DNA of 10,808 nucleotides from Gemmatimonadota bacterium (GTDB lineage Bacteria; Gemmatimonadota; Gemmatimonadetes; Longimicrobiales; RSA9): NCBI GenBank assembly GCA_040905425.1, contig JBBDRO010000093.1, positions 7,903 to 18,710 of the forward strand, read 5' to 3'. Shown piece by piece: positions 6,182 to 10,808 of this stretch (position 1 is its first letter; each line of letters starts with the position of its first letter). The notes under the pieces were generated by a model. It saw only the letters and a program-made list of their open reading frames with translations, ran no database searches and was not told where the DNA came from. The position numbers and the translations under genes were made by a program.

Positions 6182-6679
6182 ATGGACGAGCACCGTGACG
6201 ACCGGGAGGAGCTGCTCGACACGCTCGAGCGGCGCGCCCTGGACGCCATGCCCGAGGATGAGCCGGACCCCGCCGACGAGGCGGCGCCCGTGGACGTGCT
6301 GGGCGCTCTCAGTCAGGGTACCGGCGAACCGGGCCAGCCGGACGTCACGCTGGGTGGCTACATCCAGATGCACGATCGGGTACCCGCCTTCGACGGGCCC
6401 GACGGGCAGCCCTACACCGTTGCCGTGGACGTGGCCGACAGCGGCCGGGAGGACCGCCCGCACGCAGGATTCCTCATGTTCATCCGCTGGGCCGCCACCG
6501 GCGCCGGCATCATGGATCACGCCGAATCGGGGGACCTGGCGTACGCGGCCACCGAGGAGGCAGCGCGCGCGGCCGTGCTCGACCTCTCCCTCTACGAGGT
6601 GAAGGCCGAGCTGGACGCGGCGGTGGCGCGCAGGGAGAGGGAGAGGGAGAGGGAGGGAGTGGATGCCGATGTTTCGTGA
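6182..6679 (+). CDS. Hypothetical protein (~165 aa; acidic N-terminus, globular core)
   Basis: Host-like GC3-rich codons, with AAGGGA 5 nt upstream of ATG 6182 (alternative starts 6158 and 6176). The core TLGGY..HDRVPAFDGPDGQPYTV...FLMFIRW...HAES...LSLYEVK..LD looks like a folded domain. The ORF overlaps the next gene's start. Confidence 0.8.
   Translation: MDEHRDDREELLDTLERRALDAMPEDEPDPADEAAPVDVLGALSQGTGEPGQPDVTLGGYIQMHDRVPAFDGPDGQPYTVAVDVADSGREDRPHAGFLMFIRWAATGAGIMDHAESGDLAYAATEEAARAAVLDLSLYEVKAELDAAVARREREREREGVDADVS
6632..6657 (+). repeat. (AGGGAG)4 hexamer tandem repeat with five GGG tracts
   Basis: AGGGAG occurs at 6632, 6638, 6644 and 6650, followed by GG. It encodes RERERERE and ends just before the ProDH start codon. 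Confidence 0.9.
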
Positions 6680-7622
6680 CGTCCTGGTACATCTGAGTGA
6701 GAGCGGCACGCTGCGCCGCGTGGCCACCCACGCGCCGGGCGCGCGCACCATGGCGCGCCGCTTCGTGGCGGGGGAGACGGTGGAGGACGGCGTCGCGGCC
6801 GCCCGCGAACTGAACGCCGCCGGCATCCGCGTGACGCTGGACAACCTGGGGGAGTCGGTGGACACCCGGGACGAGGCGCGCGCGGCCGCCGACACCTACC
6901 TGGCCATGATCCGCCGCATCGTGGAGGAGAAACTGGACGCCAACGTCTCCCTGAAGCTCACACAGATGGGCCAGGACATCGATGCGGCGTTCATGCGGGA
7001 CAACGTGGGGCGGGTGCTGGACCTGGCCCGCGAGCACGACATGTTCGTGCGCCTGGACATGGAATCCAGCGCCTACACGCAGCGCACCCTGGACTTCTTC
7101 CGCACCCTCTGGGACAGCGAAGGCTACCGGAACGTGGGCATCGTCCTGCAGAGCTACCTGAAGCGCACCGCGGATGACGCGCGCATGGCCAACGAACGGG
7201 GCGCGCGGGTCCGGCTCTGCAAGGGGGCGTACGTGGAGCCGCCCGAGGTGGCCTTCCAGGAGAAGTCCCGGGTGGATGAGAACTTCGTGGCGGTGACCCG
7301 CATGCTGCTCGAGGAGGGCACGTTCCCGGGCATCGCCACCCACGACCCGGCCATGATCGAGGCCACCAAGCGCATTGCCCACGAGCAGGGAATCAGCAAG
7401 GACGCCTTCGAATTCCAGATGCTCTACGGCATCCGCAGGGACCTGCAGGCGGAGCTCGTCCGGGAAGGTTGGGGGCTACGCGTCTACGTGCCGTTCGGGG
7501 ACGCCTGGTACCCTTATCTCATGCGCCGCATGGCGGAACGTCCCGCCAACCTGTTCTTCATCGTGAACGCTGTGCTGCGGGAGAGTCCCCTGCGCTTCCT
7601 CATGAGCAACGGCAAGCGGTGA
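6663..7622 (+). CDS. putB: Monofunctional proline dehydrogenase (FAD), 319 aa
   Basis: Motifs RRFVAGE, LDNLGE, SLKLTQMG, VRLDME, GIVLQSYL, RLCKGAY, IATHD, FEFQMLYG and YVPFG..WYPYLMRRMAERPAN. An alternative ATG is at 6669. No P5C dehydrogenase domain is fused. Confidence 0.96.
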   Translation: MPMFRDVLVHLSESGTLRRVATHAPGARTMARRFVAGETVEDGVAAARELNAAGIRVTLDNLGESVDTRDEARAAADTYLAMIRRIVEEKLDANVSLKLTQMGQDIDAAFMRDNVGRVLDLAREHDMFVRLDMESSAYTQRTLDFFRTLWDSEGYRNVGIVLQSYLKRTADDARMANERGARVRLCKGAYVEPPEVAFQEKSRVDENFVAVTRMLLEEGTFPGIATHDPAMIEATKRIAHEQGISKDAFEFQMLYGIRRDLQAELVREGWGLRVYVPFGDAWYPYLMRRMAERPANLFFIVNAVLRESPLRFLMSNGKR

Positions 7623-8299
7623 GCGGCGTGGCCCCGGAGCCGTTCCTGCGGATCACGGAGATCTTCCACTCCATCCAGGGGGAGAGCACGTGGGCGGGGC
7701 TGCCCTGCACCTTCGTGCGCCTGACCGGCTGCCCGCTGCGCTGCGTGTGGTGTGACACCGCCTACGCCTTTCACGGCGGCGAGCGCATGACGCTGGACGC
7801 CATCGTGGCGGAGGCGGAGCGCCTCGGCACGCCGCTCGTGGAAGTAACCGGCGGCGAACCGCTGGCCCATCGCAACGCGTTCGCGCTGGTGGAGCGGCTG
7901 CTGGAGCGGGACTTCACCGTGCTCGTGGAAACCTCGGGGGCATTCGACGTGGCCGGGCTGGACCCGCGAGCCCACAAGATCATGGACCTCAAATGCCCCG
8001 GCTCCGGCGAGGTCGAGCGTAACCTATGGAGCAACCTGGACCACCTGACGGGCCGCGACGAGGTGAAGTTCGTGGTTGCCGATGAGCGGGACTGGCGCTG
8101 GGCGGAGACTGCTATCCGCGAGCGCGGACTGGATCGCCGCGTTCGTGCCGGTGAGCTGCGGGCGCTGCTCGTCTCTCCGGTGTGGGACGGCATCGAACTG
8201 CAGGAGCTGGCCCGCTGGGTGCTCGAGAGCCGGCTTCCAGTGCGCCTCCAACTGCAGCTCCACAAGCTGGTCTGGGGCGCGGAGACCATCGGCGTCTAG
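7619..8299 (+). CDS. queE: 7-carboxy-7-deazaguanine synthase QueE (radical SAM), ~226 aa
   Basis: Motifs ITEIFHSIQGE, FVRLTGCPLRCVWCDT (CxxxCxxC), VTGGEP, VETSG, MDLKCP, EVKFVV and C-terminal RLQLQLHK. GTG 7619 overlaps the ProDH stop (GTGA). Confidence 0.93.
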   Translation: MSGVAPEPFLRITEIFHSIQGESTWAGLPCTFVRLTGCPLRCVWCDTAYAFHGGERMTLDAIVAEAERLGTPLVEVTGGEPLAHRNAFALVERLLERDFTVLVETSGAFDVAGLDPRAHKIMDLKCPGSGEVERNLWSNLDHLTGRDEVKFVVADERDWRWAETAIRERGLDRRVRAGELRALLVSPVWDGIELQELARWVLESRLPVRLQLQLHKLVWGAETIGV

Positions 8300-8350
8300 C
8301 GGTTGTTACGCGCCGGGCCTTGCAACACCACCCGGTGCCGCCAAACGCCA

Positions 8351-10726
8351 CTAGCGCGGGGTAGGCGCCACCAGAGCGGGAGCGCAGGCGGCGGGCGGCC
8401 GCATCAGGAAGCCCGACGCGGGCGGCGCGGCGCCGGGCCGGGCCCCTTCCGAACGCACACGCTCCACGAGCGGCAGCAGCACCTCCGCCAACCCCTCGTC
8501 CACCGTCCCGTCGCGCGTACCGCCGAAGAGGCGCCGCTGCACCCACCAGCGGCCCTCCCTGCCGCCCAGTTCCTGACCGAGTTCCACGAGCAAAGCCCGG
8601 GCGCGGACGGCCGCGGCTTCATCCACCAGGCGACGACGCGCCCCCTCACGTGCCCGATCGTGCGCGAACCCCGCCGCCCGGCAGGCCCATGCGTCGATGG
8701 CCCCCTGCGCCGTCAGCCGCGCGCGCTCCACGGCGTCCAGCCGGGCGCGCGCTGCCGTGGCGGCGGTCAGCGCGTGGGCCTCGTCCGGACCCGTGCTGGC
8801 GGCATCGTGCATGGGCGCTTCCAGCACCAGGCGCACCAGATCGTAGGGTGTCACCGAGCGCTGCGACCCGTACGCGCGCAGGAACCAGGCGCGGGTGTCC
8901 GGTTGCACGGGTGCCACCTGGGCCAGGATGGTGAGCAGCGCGTTGCCGGCCGAGCCGGTGATGTCAGGCGGACGGACGGTGCCGTACCCCGTGAGCAGGT
9001 CGTCCTGGATGGAGGACAGGTAGCCGTTCATGCGCCCGGAGGCCGCCAGCGAGGTGGTCACGAAGCGGTCCACGCTGCGCGCGAAGTTCTCGGCCGGGCG
9101 GTTGGCGTGCGCCTGCCGCTCCACGGGCTCCGCGGGATCCAGGCTGGCCGAAGCCAGATCCTGCACCCAGGTAGCCAGCCGGTCGCCGCCCAGGCGAACG
9201 GCCCGGTCGCTCGCGTAGTCACCCCGCACCCGGTAGCGGCGCAGGGCAACCTGCCAGTCCAGGTCGTGGGCCAGTTCGTGGGCCAGGGTGCCGCTGCCGG
9301 TCATGGGGGGGAGCACCAGGGTCCGCGTGCGCGGCTCGTGCAGAGCCAGGGCGCCCTCGCGCCCGGGCGGAGCGGCAATGCGCACACGCAGCCCGCGCAG
9401 ATCCAACGTGGGCAGGACCGTGGTCAGGTCCTCCAGAGCGGAGGACAGCATGCGCCGATAATAGGGCCGCCAGGGGTCGGGCACGTCCTCACCGAAGCTC
9501 ACAGCGCCCAGCCCGAAGCGGTCCTCCAGGTCGCGTGCGGAGGGGCCCGCGAAGCCCGGATGCCACACCCCCTCCTGAGCGTAGACGCGCAGTGCCACGG
9601 CCGCCCCCAGTGCGGCCAACGAGGGGCCCACGTCGTAGGGTGCCACCTGCGTCACGCGCGCCCGCTCCGCCACGAAGCGCTCCTCGTTGAGCCCTTCCGC
9701 CACGAACCGGTTGCGGCGCTCCAGCTCCTCGGCCGGCAGATCGGGATACTCCAGGATGTCCCGCCTGAGCGCCCGCAGCGGCACGGCCACGGGCGTCTGG
9801 GGAGGCGGGTCGGCCGCCGCCGCAATGTCGGCCAGCAGGGCAGCCGCACCCGGCCGCAGGAGGCTTGCTCGCACCTCGGGCGGGCCGGGCCTGCCGCGGG
9901 CCAGGGCCTCGGCGCCGGCGCCCAGCTCCGCCAGCTGCCGACGGACGTCTGACAGGATGCCGAGCGCCTCCCGCTCGGCGGCCATACCGGGCGCCGCCGC
10001 CAGGGCCGCCTCCACGGCGAAGCGGCGCTCGCTCCGCCAGCGCGGCAGCAGCTCGAGGGGGCTCTCGCCGGTGATGGCGGACGCACGCAGCAGACGCAGC
10101 ACGTCCGCGCGTGCCAGCTCGCGATCCCGCAGCAGCGCGGCGGCCTGCGTGGCCAGCCGCACGCCCCGTTCCGGGATACGGCCCTCTCCCTGCGCCAGGG
10201 TATAGGCCAGCCGCACCGCCAGCTCACCGCCGCGGGGATCGGCGGCGTCCTGAATGACCTCCTCGATGAACGCCAGATGCCGCGCGCCGAGGCCAGGCCA
10301 GGCCGCCAGTCCGGGAGCGCCCACGCGGTCCAGCGCGGCGGGATCGATCTCGTAGGCGCGCCCCTCGGCGGTGGCCGCCAGGAGCGCCCAGCCGAGCCGC
10401 TGCCGCGTGTCCCCATCGAGGCGCGGATCCGTCAGCGCCAGTTCCGCGAGACGGAACGGACTGCCCAGGCCCAGGCGCAGGCGCTCCAGGTAGCCCAGGG
10501 CTATCACCGCCGCCGTATCGGGCGGGGTCAGCGTGGCTACCGCGGGGAGCATGATCGGCTCCCCGGCGCCGCGCGCGGCTTCCGCCCACCCCGCGGCCGC
10601 GGCCCGTCCCTCCGCCATGCCGCCCCGCACATCCCCCCGCACCGCGGCGTGCTGCGCCGGATCGCAGGCCGTCATGGCAACGGCCGCGAGCCCCAGAGCG
10701 GCAAGCGTGCGAAGGTGGTCCATCAT
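8351..10726 (-). CDS. Large predicted lipoprotein with an HExxH zinc-metallopeptidase-like domain, 791 aa
   Basis: Signal peptide with lipobox-like LAAVAMTA-C21 and SD AGAGGA upstream. HELAH is at residues 483-487 (9280-9266), followed by PAENFAR (E546). Codon usage is host-like. Confidence 0.85.
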   Translation of the reverse strand: MMDHLRTLAALGLAAVAMTACDPAQHAAVRGDVRGGMAEGRAAAAGWAEAARGAGEPIMLPAVATLTPPDTAAVIALGYLERLRLGLGSPFRLAELALTDPRLDGDTRQRLGWALLAATAEGRAYEIDPAALDRVGAPGLAAWPGLGARHLAFIEEVIQDAADPRGGELAVRLAYTLAQGEGRIPERGVRLATQAAALLRDRELARADVLRLLRASAITGESPLELLPRWRSERRFAVEAALAAAPGMAAEREALGILSDVRRQLAELGAGAEALARGRPGPPEVRASLLRPGAAALLADIAAAADPPPQTPVAVPLRALRRDILEYPDLPAEELERRNRFVAEGLNEERFVAERARVTQVAPYDVGPSLAALGAAVALRVYAQEGVWHPGFAGPSARDLEDRFGLGAVSFGEDVPDPWRPYYRRMLSSALEDLTTVLPTLDLRGLRVRIAAPPGREGALALHEPRTRTLVLPPMTGSGTLAHELAHDLDWQVALRRYRVRGDYASDRAVRLGGDRLATWVQDLASASLDPAEPVERQAHANRPAENFARSVDRFVTTSLAASGRMNGYLSSIQDDLLTGYGTVRPPDITGSAGNALLTILAQVAPVQPDTRAWFLRAYGSQRSVTPYDLVRLVLEAPMHDAASTGPDEAHALTAATAARARLDAVERARLTAQGAIDAWACRAAGFAHDRAREGARRRLVDEAAAVRARALLVELGQELGGREGRWWVQRRLFGGTRDGTVDEGLAEVLLPLVERVRSEGARPGAAPPASGFLMRPPAACAPALVAPTPR

Positions 10727-10808
10727 CGGTCCAGTCCTCTCGGGTTCGTCAGCGGGCGGTCGGGCTGGCGGCCGCCAGGCGGCATCGGCGCGGCGTCGGC
10801 GCGGCGTC

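Noticed and set aside
7469..7618. N-terminal extension of QueE (similarly 4113-4241 for the MazG-like gene)
   Set aside because: Both extensions overlap the upstream gene's conserved C-terminus. GTGA start/stop overlaps give family-typical N-termini.
7619..8299. QueE as part of a Dpd/7-deazaguanine DNA-modification or QatABCD-type defence system
   Set aside because: No dpdA/tgt-like, queC-like, ATPase or nuclease genes are nearby. Codon usage is host-like and the sequence is canonical QueE.
8303..9952. 549-aa + strand ORF antisense to the lipoprotein
   Set aside because: It is a shadow ORF of GC-rich coding DNA: Arg/Gly/His/Gln-rich, with no motifs and no SD. The opposite strand carries the signal peptide and HExxH motif.
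10785..10808. 11-bp tandem repeat (TCGGCGCGGCG x2+) at the window end
   Set aside because: It is truncated by the window edge, has no spacers (so not CRISPR) and is GC-rich low complexity. It may lie in the tail of an upstream - strand ORF ending at TGA 10751-10749, which cannot be evaluated here.

Overview
This is a very GC-rich bacterial chromosomal segment. Gene style suggests Gemmatimonadota, but that is inference only. It holds ten credible CDSs. On the - strand: a two-TM sensor histidine kinase, a CrtQ/CruC/CruG-like family-2 glycosyltransferase, a 46-aa DUF1328-like membrane protein with a probable sigma54 promoter, an MDR-family Zn-binding oxidoreductase and a 791-aa predicted lipoprotein. 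On the + strand: a class-V PLP enzyme coupled to a MazG-like (YpjD-type) pyrophosphohydrolase, and a coupled operon of a hypothetical protein, a monofunctional proline dehydrogenase and QueE. No rRNA, tRNA, CRISPR array or mobile element was seen. The most notable observations are: (1) the lipoprotein carries an HExxH zincin module whose motif series resembles the LPD1/CLCA_X-type metallopeptidase domain of phage/plasmid polyvalent proteins; (2) the kinase's extracytoplasmic sensor segment has sharply different codon usage from both flanks, suggesting a swapped sensor cassette; (3) a roughly 143-nt foldable element covers the kinase ribosome-binding region and overlaps an internal sigma70-like promoter; (4) an (AGGGAG)4 G-tract repeat sits on the proline dehydrogenase translation-initiation region.
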